A DNA stretch of 64,000 bases from Alphaproteobacteria bacterium (GCA_965261975.1 CBDHEC010000008.1:3095-67094); one strand, 5' to 3'; positions 1-9,718 are shown, counted from the stretch's first letter. The notes: generated by a model not told the origin, from the sequence alone. Numbers and translations are program-made.

Positions 1-1461
1 GGCCAGCAGGTGCGGGATGCCCTCATAGATGGAGAGCTCCAGCATCTTCGGGTCGATCATGATGAAGCGGCACTGGTCGGGCGTCATCTTATAGAGCAGC
101 GACAAGATCATCGCGTTGACCGAGACCGACTTGCCGGAGCCGGTGGTGCCGGCGACAAGCAAGTGCGGCATCTTGGCGAGATCGGCGACGACGGGGGTGC
201 CGCCGATATCCTTGCCGAGCGCCAGGGGCAGCTTGGTCTTGCCCGTCTGGAAGGTGTCGGACTGGAAGACCTCGCGCAAATAGACCGTCTGCCGCTTGGC
301 GTTGGGCATCTCGATGCCGATGACGTTTCGGCCCGGCACCACGGCGACGCGCACCGAGATCGCGCTCATGGAACGGGCGATGTCGTCGGAAAGGCCGATG
401 ACCCGGCTGGTCTTGGTGCCCGGCGCCGGCTCCAGCTCGAAGAGGGTGACGACGGGCCCGGGGCGGGCGCGGACGATCTTGCCGCGAACACCGAAATCCT
501 CCAGCACCGTCTCCAGCAGCCGGCCGGTCTGTTCCAGACTGTCCTTGGTCATGCCGCCATTGCCCGTCGAGGTGCCCTCGGCGAGGAGGCTGTTGGGTGG
601 CAGGCGGAACCCTTCCCCGGCGAGGTCGAGGCTGCGCTGCTTCGGCTTCGCGGCCGGCTTCTTCTTCGGCTTGGGCGGTTCCGCCAGCACAACTTCGGCC
701 GGCAGATCCGGTTCCTCCTCGACGATCGGGGCGGCGTCTTCCTCGTCTTCCGCCTCGTCGAGCACCAGCAGCGGCTCGGCCCTATCCTTACGTCGGCCGA
801 GGCCGGAGAGTCCGTCCCGCACCAGGCCCGCACCTTGGCGGACCGCGCCGACGACGCCTCGCCCGGCGCCCATGACCAGGGCCGCCGTCGCCCGCACGGA
901 TAGGCCGGCCGCCCAAATATAGAGGAGGCCCGCCAGGGCGCCGAAGGCGGCGGCCAGCGGCCAGGCGCCCCAGATGGCGAGAAGCGGCGTGTGATAGGCG
1001 ATGCGGGCGAGGATGAGGTCCCCGGCGAGCCCGCCTAGGCCGCTCAGAAGCAGCCATTTCTGCGGCGCCGGCAAAACCGCCAGCGCGGTCGCCGCCAGCA
1101 GCAGCGCCAGCGGCATGACGGAGAATCTGAGCCACATCGGGTCCAGGGGCCGGTGCGCCAGGAGCCGCATGCCCCAGAAAACCGGCGCCAGCGCCAGAAG
1201 CGCGGCGGCGAGGCCAAGGCTCTGAACCAGGATATCGGCTAGATAGGCGCCGGGGGCGCCGAGGAGATTGGCTACAGGCCCGGCGGCGGCGGTGTTGAAG
1301 GACGGGTCCCCCGGATTGTAGCTGGTGACGGCGAGCAGCAGGGCTGCGCCGATGCCGATGGCCGCGACCCCGCCGGCCTCGGTCGCCCGACGCTTCAGGA
1401 ACTGTCCGACCCCGCTCGGAAGAAACCCTCCCTTCGGCGCCGTCTCCGCACTCTCCGCCAT
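1..1461 (-). CDS. ftsK: DNA translocase FtsK (5' portion; gene runs off the window start)
   Basis: Reverse complement of 121-180 encodes LAKMPHLLVAGTTGSGKSVS (FtsK Walker A). An N-terminal multi-TM region lies upstream of it, with the start codon near 1459-1461 (MAESAETAPKGG...). The frame runs open to position 1. The listed + ORF 10..903 is its antisense. Confidence 0.9.
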   Translation of the reverse strand, partial: MAESAETAPKGGFLPSGVGQFLKRRATEAGGVAAIGIGAALLLAVTSYNPGDPSFNTAAAGPVANLLGAPGAYLADILVQSLGLAAALLALAPVFWGMRLLAHRPLDPMWLRFSVMPLALLLAATALAVLPAPQKWLLLSGLGGLAGDLILARIAYHTPLLAIWGAWPLAAAFGALAGLLYIWAAGLSVRATAALVMGAGRGVVGAVRQGAGLVRDGLSGLGRRKDRAEPLLVLDEAEDEEDAAPIVEEEPDLPAEVVLAEPPKPKKKPAAKPKQRSLDLAGEGFRLPPNSLLAEGTSTGNGGMTKDSLEQTGRLLETVLEDFGVRGKIVRARPGPVVTLFELEPAPGTKTSRVIGLSDDIARSMSAISVRVAVVPGRNVIGIEMPNAKRQTVYLREVFQSDTFQTGKTKLPLALGKDIGGTPVVADLAKMPHLLVAGTTGSGKSVSVNAMILSLLYKMTPDQCRFIMIDPKMLELSIYEGIPHLLA

Positions 1462-1736
1462 CGTGCCCTCCCGCTGGCCCTCCCACTGGACCGCCCGCCA
1501 TCGGGCGGCGATCCAATCCGACCGGCCCGCACCCTCCGCCGCGATCCGATCGGTGGCATTCCTGTCGCCCGCCGTGCCGGCCCGAGGCCGAACGGCGCCT
1601 CCAGGCTCGGCAGTGAGCCGAGAGAGATATGAAATAAAATCAGAGGTTTGAAGTCAAGTCTTATGATAGAGATTTAGGTATTCAAGGGGGTTGAAGCCCG
1701 CCAAGCAGCTCCTTTTCCGGACTCGCTCTCGGCGGT

Positions 1737-2948
1737 TTAGCTCCGCACCAGCACCCGCGCGACGCGGGCGAGGGCGGCGTCGGTGGTCTTCTCGTCATAG
1801 ACCAGAGCGAGGCGCAGATAGTCGGTGCCGGGGTTCTGGCCGGCGGCGTCGGGAAGCGAGATATAGGCGCCGGGAACGCTCTTGATCGCCGCCTTCTCCC
1901 AAAGGAGGCGGCAGGCGGATTCGCCATCGCCGGCCACCGTCCGGCTCACATCCAGCCACAAGAAGAAGCCGCCAGCCGGGATGGCGAAGCCCGGCAGATG
2001 GCCGAGATGCCGCTGGGCGATCTCGAAATTCCGCCGGTAGACGTCGCGCACCTCGGCCACATGGGCGTCGTCCTGCCAGAGCGCGGCGGCGGCCGCCTGC
2101 ACCGGCAGCGGCATCTGCACGCCGCCATAGTTGATCATCTTCAGCATGGCGGCGACGATTGCCGGGTCGCCGGCGATGAGCCCGCCACGCATGCCGGCGG
2201 CGCTGGACCGTTTGGAGAGCGAATGGAAGACGAGGAGATTGTCGAGGGAGCCGCCGGCGGCGGCCGCCTCCAGCCCACCCATGGGCGGGGCGGCGGTATA
2301 GATTTCCGCATAGCACTCGTCGACGGCAAGAACGAAGCCGTGCGCGCGGGCGAGCTCAAGGGCGCGCTCGAAATAGGCGGCATCGGCGGAGGCGCCCTGG
2401 GGGTTGGAGGGGGTGCAGAGATACATGAGGGCGGTGCGGCGGAGGAGCGCCGGGTCCAGCGCCTCCAGGTCCGGGAGAAAACCGGTCTCGGCGCCGGCGG
2501 TGAGCGGCACCGGTTCGCCCCCCGCGGCGACGGCGGCGCCGTAATAGGCGTGGTAGAGGGGGTTCGGCATCAGGACAGCCGGCTTTTCGCCGTTCTTCGC
2601 CGTCGGCACCGAGACGAGGGCGCTCAGAAACAGCGGCTGCCGGGAGCCGGGGGACGGCAGGATGTTCCGATCCCTGTCGATGAACCCGTCGGGAAGGTCG
2701 TAGCGCCGGTTGAGATAGCCGTGCATGGCGAGCCGCAGATCGGCGGTGCCGTCCGCCGGCGCGTAGCGGTTCCAGTCGGCCGCCTCGCTTGCCACCTTCT
2801 CGGCGATCATCGGCGGCGCCGGCAGCTTCGGCTCGCCGATGGAGAGGAGAATTGGCGCATCGTTCGACGACGGCGTCACCGGGTCCAAGAGGGCGGCGAG
2901 ACGCACGAAGGGGGATTCCAGAAGGTCGTCGAGGCGGTCGTTCAACAT
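1737..2948 (-). CDS. PLP-dependent aminotransferase, class I/II fold (possibly succinyldiaminopimelate/aspartate aminotransferase-like)
   Basis: 403-aa ORF with an SLSKRSSAAGMRGG PLP-lysine motif and aminotransferase-fold conservation throughout. Confidence 0.8.
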   Translation of the reverse strand: MLNDRLDDLLESPFVRLAALLDPVTPSSNDAPILLSIGEPKLPAPPMIAEKVASEAADWNRYAPADGTADLRLAMHGYLNRRYDLPDGFIDRDRNILPSPGSRQPLFLSALVSVPTAKNGEKPAVLMPNPLYHAYYGAAVAAGGEPVPLTAGAETGFLPDLEALDPALLRRTALMYLCTPSNPQGASADAAYFERALELARAHGFVLAVDECYAEIYTAAPPMGGLEAAAAGGSLDNLLVFHSLSKRSSAAGMRGGLIAGDPAIVAAMLKMINYGGVQMPLPVQAAAAALWQDDAHVAEVRDVYRRNFEIAQRHLGHLPGFAIPAGGFFLWLDVSRTVAGDGESACRLLWEKAAIKSVPGAYISLPDAAGQNPGTDYLRLALVYDEKTTDAALARVARVLVRS

Positions 2949-2981
2949 GGTGCGATTCCGTTCAGCTTCGGTTCGGTCGTA

Positions 2982-4511
2982 TCAGTTATCGGCGGGATAG
3001 AGAATGGCCCAGCCAATCGGTACCGGCCGATGGTCGCCGGGAGCGTCCCAGGGAAGATGCAGCAACGGTTGCGGGACCGCCTCCGGAAACTGCTCGAGGA
3101 ACTCTTCCCGGGGGCTTCCCTTTTCCCAGTCGCCGCGATCCACGATGACCGCGCCGGCGCGGCGCAGATCGTCGGCGTCTACCCAGGGGCTGTGCCTCGG
3201 GTCGGCATCGATCAGAACGTGTGGCCTGTCTGGGTGATAGAAGGCGACGTTCCCCGCTTGCCACAAGGGGCCGATGACATAGCGAAGCGGGCGCCCGGTC
3301 TCCTTTTCGAACCCGGCGGCGATGGCGGCGGAAAGGGCCGACACCGGATAGGTCGCCCGGTGCGGCCGGTCGAGAAAGTGCCCCTGCAAGAGGACATGCC
3401 CGCCCCAGGCGGCAAGGGAGAGGAAGAGAAGGAAACCGGCGAAGCCGAGAAATCGCTTCAATCGCGAGAGGGTGATTGTCGGCCTCAGATGGACCAGGAA
3501 CAGCAGCGGCACGAAGAACAGCATCGGCGAGCCCCAATGGGATTTGAAGTCCTGGCCGTTCGCCGCCGACAACAGAAGCGTGGTCGCGACGGGGCCGAGC
3601 GCGATCCAGGCGAGGAACCTCCGATCCGCCGCCTCGATATCGGGAAGCCGCATGGTCGCCGGAACGCCGGAATCGCGGCCGCCAAAGCCGAGTAGCCCTA
3701 TGAGAAGAAGCGCCGGGGCGGCGGCGATCGCCTGATCGCGCAGGAATTTCGCGGGAAACAGGAGATGGTCCAGCGGCCCGGCGGCGTAGTGTCCCCGGCC
3801 GAGGGCGTATCGGAAGGGCAGGTAATCGTTCTCCAAAAGCCAGTAGAGATTGGGCGCCGTCGCCGCCAGGAACACCGCCATGGCGAGGTAGGGGCCGGAT
3901 GTGCGCCAGACAGGCCGGGCCACGGGATCGGCGAGCGTATAGAGCATCAGCGGCAGGATCAGCACAGGCACGCTGTATTTGCCGTAGAGCACCGCCGCCA
4001 ATACCAGGCCGAGGCCGGCCCAGTCGAACCACCGCCCCTCCCGCGTCGCCCGGTGCAGCAGCCATCCGGCGGCGGCCCAGAAAGGATACTGCACCACATT
4101 GGCGTTGAACTCGGCGCTCATAAAGTTCGCGTAGTAGAGCCCCTCGATGGCGATGGCGGCGAGCACCGCCGGGCCGATGCCGACGATCCGCCGTGCCAGG
4201 GCGAAGACCCCGAGCGCGGTGCCTAAGACGAAGAGCTGCGAGAGGAGGAAGGTCGACCAGGAGCGGCCGCCGGACAGGAGTTGCGCCGCCTCCGACAGCC
4301 AGCCGGCCAGGGGCGGGTGCTTGGCGTTGCCGATAAGCCAATAGCGCCCCCAGGTGATCTGCTCGATCACGTCCATCGGCATGATGGGGTGGAGCAGTGC
4401 CGGTACCGCCGTCCACGCCGCCAGATGAAGGGCGAGCGCGATCCCCAGGAGGCGCAGCGGCCTATCGGACCAGGAGAGCCGGGACGGTCCGGGGTGCGGC
4501 ATTGCCGTCAT
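2982..4511 (-). CDS. Membrane glycosyltransferase, family 39/PMT_2-like (ArnT-like)
   Basis: 509 aa with many predicted TM helices. N-terminal loop motif ...EQITWGRYW...KHPPLAGWL... is typical of the dolichyl-phosphate-mannose/ArnT glycosyltransferase family. Confidence 0.65.
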   Translation of the reverse strand: MTAMPHPGPSRLSWSDRPLRLLGIALALHLAAWTAVPALLHPIMPMDVIEQITWGRYWLIGNAKHPPLAGWLSEAAQLLSGGRSWSTFLLSQLFVLGTALGVFALARRIVGIGPAVLAAIAIEGLYYANFMSAEFNANVVQYPFWAAAGWLLHRATREGRWFDWAGLGLVLAAVLYGKYSVPVLILPLMLYTLADPVARPVWRTSGPYLAMAVFLAATAPNLYWLLENDYLPFRYALGRGHYAAGPLDHLLFPAKFLRDQAIAAAPALLLIGLLGFGGRDSGVPATMRLPDIEAADRRFLAWIALGPVATTLLLSAANGQDFKSHWGSPMLFFVPLLFLVHLRPTITLSRLKRFLGFAGFLLFLSLAAWGGHVLLQGHFLDRPHRATYPVSALSAAIAAGFEKETGRPLRYVIGPLWQAGNVAFYHPDRPHVLIDADPRHSPWVDADDLRRAGAVIVDRGDWEKGSPREEFLEQFPEAVPQPLLHLPWDAPGDHRPVPIGWAILYPADN

Positions 4512-4540
4512 AAGGGTTCGGTTACCGGTCGTAAGGGAGA

Positions 4541-5347
4541 TCAGCCACCGACAACGCTAATCTGGTCCAGTGGTTCGCCGATTTCGCGGATTTCCGACAA
4601 CCGTCTTATGACCGAGCGGGTGAGGCGCTGCCCGGCCCGCAGCAGGGGAGCGCCGGAACTGGAGAAGATGTCCTTGGCAAGGATGGCGTTTTCCGGGACC
4701 TGTTCGAGGCGCACATCGACGGCGGCGCTCAACTGTTCGGGCGTCACGCCGGGGCCCCCCGACCCGCCGAAGGTCTTCTGCACCATGCCGGCGACATCGG
4801 CTTGCGACAGGTCGGTGCCGGGGAATGTGCTGCCTCCGGCCGGCTTCTCCTCGGCGGCCCGCGCCGCCTGCTCTCGCAGCACATCCTCCATGGTGAGGGC
4901 GGTGATCACCTGATAGGCGATGGCGGGCCGGATCGGCGGCGGCTCGTTCAGCACCTGGCGCACCCGATCAGCCAGCTTCTTCTGGGACACGGGCTTGACG
5001 ATGAAGCCGCTGGCATCGAGCGCGAGGGCGGTGCCGACCAGTACCGCATCGGACCGGGAGGTCATGAGAATGACCGGGGTTTCCCTCGGTATCGCCGAAA
5101 TGCTGCCCGTGCGGATCGCCTTCAGCATCTCCAGCCCGTTCATATTGGGCATGATGAAGTCGGTGATCACGCAGTCGAAGGGGAGGCGCGCCGTCTCCAG
5201 CGCCTGCAGGGCCAACGCCCCGTCGAAGGCGATGGTGACGTTGCCGTATCCCGAGTTCTTCAAGCCGAGCCGTACCGCCTCGACACTGAAACTCTCGTCG
5301 TCGACGATGAGAAACCGCTTGCTGTTGTTCAAGGGGGCCTTGTTCAT
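4541..5347 (-). CDS. Response regulator: REC receiver domain plus C-terminal DUF3391-like domain, no output domain
   Basis: N-terminal CheY-like receiver (LIVDDE..., ITDFIMPNMNG, IVKP). C-terminal ~130 aa (ILAKDIFSSSGAPLLRAGQRLTRSVIRRLSEI) resembles the domain normally found N-terminal to HD-GYP, but no HD-GYP follows. Confidence 0.7.
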   Translation of the reverse strand: MNKAPLNNSKRFLIVDDESFSVEAVRLGLKNSGYGNVTIAFDGALALQALETARLPFDCVITDFIMPNMNGLEMLKAIRTGSISAIPRETPVILMTSRSDAVLVGTALALDASGFIVKPVSQKKLADRVRQVLNEPPPIRPAIAYQVITALTMEDVLREQAARAAEEKPAGGSTFPGTDLSQADVAGMVQKTFGGSGGPGVTPEQLSAAVDVRLEQVPENAILAKDIFSSSGAPLLRAGQRLTRSVIRRLSEIREIGEPLDQISVVGG

Positions 5348-5450
5348 GCCCGGTGCTCCGCAAACCCATTTCCGTCGGCCGAAACGGGCCGTCCCCTAGG
5401 ATTACATGGATTGGAAACGGGTGAGAAGCCGATTGACGCGCCTCCCAGGC

Positions 5451-6905
5451 TCAATGGGAAATCCGAACGCACCCGCCGACCGCCAGCTTGGCCGCCGCCT
5501 CGCCGTCGAGCCCGGCACTTTTCGCCGCCTGCGCGGCGGCCTTGGTGTCGCCGAGAACGCAGAACTGCCGAAGCGCCCCGTTGACGTCGATCATCCGATG
5601 CAGCCAATCGGTGCCGTCGCCGATCCGCTCCAGCTCGACGATCCCGAAGACCACCTCCATGGTCCACCAGCCGCCGCCCGTGTAGGGCGCGCCATCGGTG
5701 TGAATGCCCACCGGCCATTCATAGATGCTCGGCCAGTATTCGACGGTGTCCAATTGGGTCGCGCCATTGCCGGCGGTGATCTGCGTCGGCCATCCCGGAA
5801 GTTTGGATTTGGTCCACTGCCAGATATGGATGTCGCCGGAGAGTACCGTTCCATAGGTGAGCTTCTCGCCGGCCTTTATCCTGTCGTCGGCATACCAGCG
5901 GACGTACCCGGCCGGGTCGAACTTCTTACCCTTGCAGGGATCCTCCCTGACGGAAGCGTTGTCGCCCTCGGAGTACCACCAGTAGACCGGCTCGTGGGTG
6001 ATCGCCCAGCGGCGGCGTCCCGGCGCCGGCGGCGTGTCGAGGAGCTCCGCCGTCTGCGCCATCCAGGCCCGGCAGTTCGCCACGTCGACGACTGGTTTTC
6101 GCCGCTGCGAGCTGTCCATCACCGCGAACTCCAGATCCGCGCCGATGGGGGTCAGGTATCCGTCCGTATAGCGGTCGCAGCGCTTGAACGCCTCGTCGGG
6201 CTTGCCGTGGCCCATGAAGAGGAACCAGCCCTGGGGCGCGCGCTTGCAGTTCTCGTGGTTGCCGCGCACGAAGACCCAGGGCGCGTCGCCGAGGATCGGC
6301 CGCGCCGGATCGAACCAGTCCTGGCGCCAGCTCTCCCAATTGTCGCCGTAGACGGTGCCGGCGCACTTCTTCTCTCCCTCGGCGCAGGGGAACTCCCGAT
6401 AGTGGTAGTCGCCGACATGCAGGATGATGTCCTTCTCGGCCTTATCAATAAGGGCGGCGATGCGCTTGAAGGGCCAGCCCTTGGCCGGGTTCGGGTTGTC
6501 CGGGTCGTTGCAATCTTGAGTCCAGCCCTTGGCGACGCGGCAGCCGGTATCGCCCACGACGACGATGCGGTCGACGAAGCGGGGCAGCGGCGGCAGGGCC
6601 TCTCCCAGAACCGTCGCCGGCGCGTGCGCGTCCCAGAGACCGGCCGAGCAGACGGTGACGGGAAACGCCACCTGGTTCGCCGGCAGTCGCCGATGCATCT
6701 CGATTTTCTTGCCGTCTTCCATGTCGATTGTAGGGCAGGGCTTGCCCTGGTCCAGGACCACGCGGACGATGCGCTCCCCCTTGGGGCCGTACTGGCTCCA
6801 GATGTAGGGAAACCCGCTCTCCTCGGCCGATGCCGCGGGAATGGCGGCGGTCAACGCCGAAAGACCCAGGACGGCGGATAGGATCGATCTCACGGACGGT
6901 TTCAA
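5451..6905 (-). CDS. Secreted metallophosphoesterase (calcineurin-like) with C-terminal extension
   Basis: Signal peptide MKPSVRSILSAVLGLSALTAAIPAASA. Motifs GDTG, GDYHY and GNHE match the calcineurin-like phosphoesterase signature. 484 aa. Confidence 0.75.
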   Translation of the reverse strand: MKPSVRSILSAVLGLSALTAAIPAASAEESGFPYIWSQYGPKGERIVRVVLDQGKPCPTIDMEDGKKIEMHRRLPANQVAFPVTVCSAGLWDAHAPATVLGEALPPLPRFVDRIVVVGDTGCRVAKGWTQDCNDPDNPNPAKGWPFKRIAALIDKAEKDIILHVGDYHYREFPCAEGEKKCAGTVYGDNWESWRQDWFDPARPILGDAPWVFVRGNHENCKRAPQGWFLFMGHGKPDEAFKRCDRYTDGYLTPIGADLEFAVMDSSQRRKPVVDVANCRAWMAQTAELLDTPPAPGRRRWAITHEPVYWWYSEGDNASVREDPCKGKKFDPAGYVRWYADDRIKAGEKLTYGTVLSGDIHIWQWTKSKLPGWPTQITAGNGATQLDTVEYWPSIYEWPVGIHTDGAPYTGGGWWTMEVVFGIVELERIGDGTDWLHRMIDVNGALRQFCVLGDTKAAAQAAKSAGLDGEAAAKLAVGGCVRISH

Positions 6906-7015
6906 GGGAGGTGCCTCCGAAGGTCGTTCTCAAAGCGATGGGCGATGAATTCTCGCGTGTTCGATAAAGATAGACCAAGATTGCCCACCTTGGGAAAGAC
7001 GGGGGGTCGGTCGCC

Positions 7016-8269
7016 ATGAGTTCTGACAAGATCATCGCTTTCCTGGCGCAGATATTGGCGGCAGAGCCCACCGCCGACGCCTTCCCTACGCTGACGGACG
7101 GTGGCGCCGACCCGCGATACCCGGTCGCCGTCACGGATTGCCCGCGCCCCATCGGCACCTTCGATATCGAAGGCCGGACTATGATCTGCGGCCTGGTGAA
7201 CGTGCCGGAGAACCATGCCGAGCCCGACGGCCGCCGCATCGATCTCAGCTTCGTCGTGCTGAAGTCCCATTCCCTCTCGCCGGCGCCGGACCCGCTGGTT
7301 TATCTCCATGGCGGGCCGGGCTACGGCACGGTGGAGAACCTTCGAACGCTCGACGATCTCTTCGATCAATGGCGCCAGCGACGGGACATCGTCACCTTCG
7401 ATCAGCGGGCGGCGGGCCTTTCCGCCACGTCGGTCTCCTGTTTCGACACCACCTCCCGGAACGCCCTCGGCCTTTCGGGCCTCGATATGGGCGCGGTGGA
7501 GGCCGGTGCCGAGGGGCCCGGCGTCGCCGAGCCGAATGCGGTGGCCTACGCGCTGGTGGGTCCCTGCATCGAGGAGCTGGCGGCGCGGGGCGTCGACCTG
7601 CCGCGCTACAACACGACGGAGAACGCCCGCGACGTGCGCGCCGTCCTCTCCGCCCTCGGCTATCCCACCTACAACATCTACGGCATCTCCTACGGCACCA
7701 TCCTCGGGCTGGAGGTGATGCGGACAGCGCCGGAAGGCGTGCGGAGCGTGGTGCTGGACAGTGTCTGGCCGCCGGACAAGGCCTTCTACGACGAGCTCGC
7801 CGGCCCCCACGACGAGGCGGCGGCGGCCATCTTCGACCAATGCGCCGCCGATCCCGACTGCGCCGCCGCCTACCCGGATCTCCTGAACCGGTTCAACGCG
7901 TTGATGGATAAGCTGGCGGAAGAGCCGATCCCCGCCGGGCGGGTGACGCCGCCGATCTCCCCGACGACGGTCGTCGAGATCATCCAGAGCCGCAATTTCG
8001 ATGGCTCCTATCCGGGCCTCACCGGGCTCATCCCCCTGATGGTGCACCAGCTGGAGCGGGGCGATACCGACCTGGTGGATGCCTTTTTCCTCAGGAGCCT
8101 GCCGCCGCCGCCGGGCAGCCACGACGCCGCCATGGGGGCGATCGACTCGGGCCTCACCGACGACGAGACGGCGATGGCCCTCGCGGTGCTGCGCCTCGCC
8201 GAGCAACGGCGCGCGGGCGACGAGGCGACCTTGTACCAGACCATATGCGTGACGACAGGCGCACGATGA
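7016..8269 (+). CDS. Alpha/beta hydrolase, S33 family (tripeptidyl/prolyl aminopeptidase Tap-like); 3' end probably truncated at a rearrangement junction
   Basis: GISYGT nucleophile elbow and Tap-like overall similarity. The last ~14 codons (about 8228-8269) are antisense of an M16 peptidase N-terminus, so the native C-terminus, which normally carries the catalytic His, is apparently lost. Confidence 0.65.
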   Translation: MSSDKIIAFLAQILAAEPTADAFPTLTDGGADPRYPVAVTDCPRPIGTFDIEGRTMICGLVNVPENHAEPDGRRIDLSFVVLKSHSLSPAPDPLVYLHGGPGYGTVENLRTLDDLFDQWRQRRDIVTFDQRAAGLSATSVSCFDTTSRNALGLSGLDMGAVEAGAEGPGVAEPNAVAYALVGPCIEELAARGVDLPRYNTTENARDVRAVLSALGYPTYNIYGISYGTILGLEVMRTAPEGVRSVVLDSVWPPDKAFYDELAGPHDEAAAAIFDQCAADPDCAAAYPDLLNRFNALMDKLAEEPIPAGRVTPPISPTTVVEIIQSRNFDGSYPGLTGLIPLMVHQLERGDTDLVDAFFLRSLPPPPGSHDAAMGAIDSGLTDDETAMALAVLRLAEQRRAGDEATLYQTICVTTGAR

Positions 8270-8418
8270 TTTTCGATCACGACGACCTGCATGCCGTTGT
8301 CGAGTTCGAACGTCGTGGGATTGAAAACCTGCGCGTTTGCCGGGTTCACGAATGACAGCAGAATGGCAGCCGGCAGCAGCAGAGCACGAAGAGCTCTCGA
8401 ACAGGGGTTCCAGGTCAT
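8228..8418 (-). pseudogene. Remnant of an M16 (insulinase/pitrilysin) zinc peptidase gene: signal peptide plus first ~35 mature residues only
   Basis: Minus strand encodes MTWNPCSRALRALLLPAAILLSFVNPANAQVFNPTTFELDNGMQVVVIENHRAPVVTHMVWYKV, a canonical M16 N-terminus. Similarity stops abruptly at about 8227, where the sequence becomes antisense of the hydrolase gene. Confidence 0.7.
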
Positions 8419-8550
8419 TGGATTCGTCCTCACGGGTAGCGCCTCTGGGTCGACAACAGATATGGCGCACAAATTGTTTCCTGCAACGCCGAATACCGGC
8501 GATGCAGTCACTTTACCGCGACATTTGGCGTAATTGGGGCGACGCGACGT

Positions 8551-9198
8551 CTAGAAGATGTCGAACAGGCCGTTGCGTGTGCGCGAGATGGTCGGCGTTT
8601 CGCCTTCCGCCGGCGAAATGCCGAGCGCCTGGTTCTCGCGCAGTCGGCGCGCCTCGGACTCCGCATCGACTTCTTCGTCGATCGGGTCTTGTTTCAGACC
8701 CAGCAACTTGCGGACGAAATTCTGATTCTCTTCGGCAAGAATCGAGCTTTCCCGGTCAATCTGCGAGCGGACCAGCGGATCGGTTTCCAGTGCGCCTGCA
8801 CGCGACAGAAATGCCGCTTCGCCCGCCGTCGAGCGCGCCACATCTGTGCGCGGTGCCGGTTGCGCTGCCGGTCCGGTGGTTCCGCGCGCCGCGCGTTCAT
8901 CGTCGTCACCGCGGAATACCGCCTGGCGAGCCTGCTCACGCGCCGAAACCGTGGTCAGGTCTTCCGCGCCCGGCCGCGGCGGCCGCAGCTTGTAATCCGG
9001 AGGCTGCGAGAGCGGCGCACGCGGGGCAACGGCGAATTCGTCAGGTGCACTGCGCTGAAGTCCGAGTGCGCGTTTGGTCGAATCACCGCATGCAGCAAGC
9101 GTCATGGCGGCGACCATCAGCAAAACAATTCCGCGCGGCGTGCTGGTGATCCTGCCGTTGCGCGAGGGCGTCTGTGTCATGCCGGTCATATGCATCAA
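8551..9198 (-). CDS. DUF3035-like lipoprotein (conserved neighbour of lspA in alphaproteobacteria)
   Basis: Lipobox LAAC after a signal peptide. Low-complexity Pro/Ala-rich linker. Position immediately downstream of lspA matches the conserved alphaproteobacterial arrangement. Confidence 0.55.
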   Translation of the reverse strand: MMHMTGMTQTPSRNGRITSTPRGIVLLMVAAMTLAACGDSTKRALGLQRSAPDEFAVAPRAPLSQPPDYKLRPPRPGAEDLTTVSAREQARQAVFRGDDDERAARGTTGPAAQPAPRTDVARSTAGEAAFLSRAGALETDPLVRSQIDRESSILAEENQNFVRKLLGLKQDPIDEEVDAESEARRLRENQALGISPAEGETPTISRTRNGLFDIF

Positions 9199-9247
9199 AC
9201 CATTGCCTGGATCTGCGTGGGCGTGAGTAACGATTCCAAACCTAGCA

Positions 9248-9718
9248 CTATTTTAGCGAACGCGGAGAACCGAACAAGCCATCGTACAACAGTATCGCGG
9301 TCCCGAAGACGATGGTCATGTCGGCCACATTGAACGCCGGCCAGTGCCATCCAAATGCATGGATATCGATAAAGTCGACAACCGCACCGTAGACCACCCG
9401 GTCGATCACATTGCTCAGCGCACCGCCAATGACGAGCACAAGCGCGAAGCGGACGACCCCCTGTCCCGACCGCACCAGCCAGATGACGAGAAACACGACG
9501 ATCACAAGTGCGAGCGCCACGAGAATCCACCGTGACGTCTCCGCACCGCCAAGCAACCCGAAGCTGATCCCCCGGTTCCACACCGGCACCAGGTTGAAGA
9601 AGGATGTGACGGGAATGATCGACGGTGGATCGAAAACGAGACCCAGCATCACGCGTTTTGAGACTTGATCAACGGCGATCAGCACAACGACAAAGAGCAA
9701 GGCCCATCGCGGCATCAC
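9248..9718 (-). CDS. lspA: Lipoprotein signal peptidase II
   Basis: 156 aa with four TM segments and the FNVAD motif conserved in LspA. GTG start followed by ATG. Confidence 0.9.
   Translation of the reverse strand: MMPRWALLFVVVLIAVDQVSKRVMLGLVFDPPSIIPVTSFFNLVPVWNRGISFGLLGGAETSRWILVALALVIVVFLVIWLVRSGQGVVRFALVLVIGGALSNVIDRVVYGAVVDFIDIHAFGWHWPAFNVADMTIVFGTAILLYDGLFGSPRSLK

Noticed and set aside
10-903. 297-aa + strand ORF at the window start
   Set aside because: It is the antisense of ftsK. The minus strand here encodes the FtsK Walker A motif and motor domain. The Arg/Gly/Asp-rich translation is typical of antisense high-GC noise.
1998-3695. 565-aa + strand ORF overlapping the aminotransferase and glycosyltransferase genes
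   Set aside because: It lies entirely antisense to two well-supported minus-strand genes. It has low-complexity Gly/Arg-rich composition and no domain.
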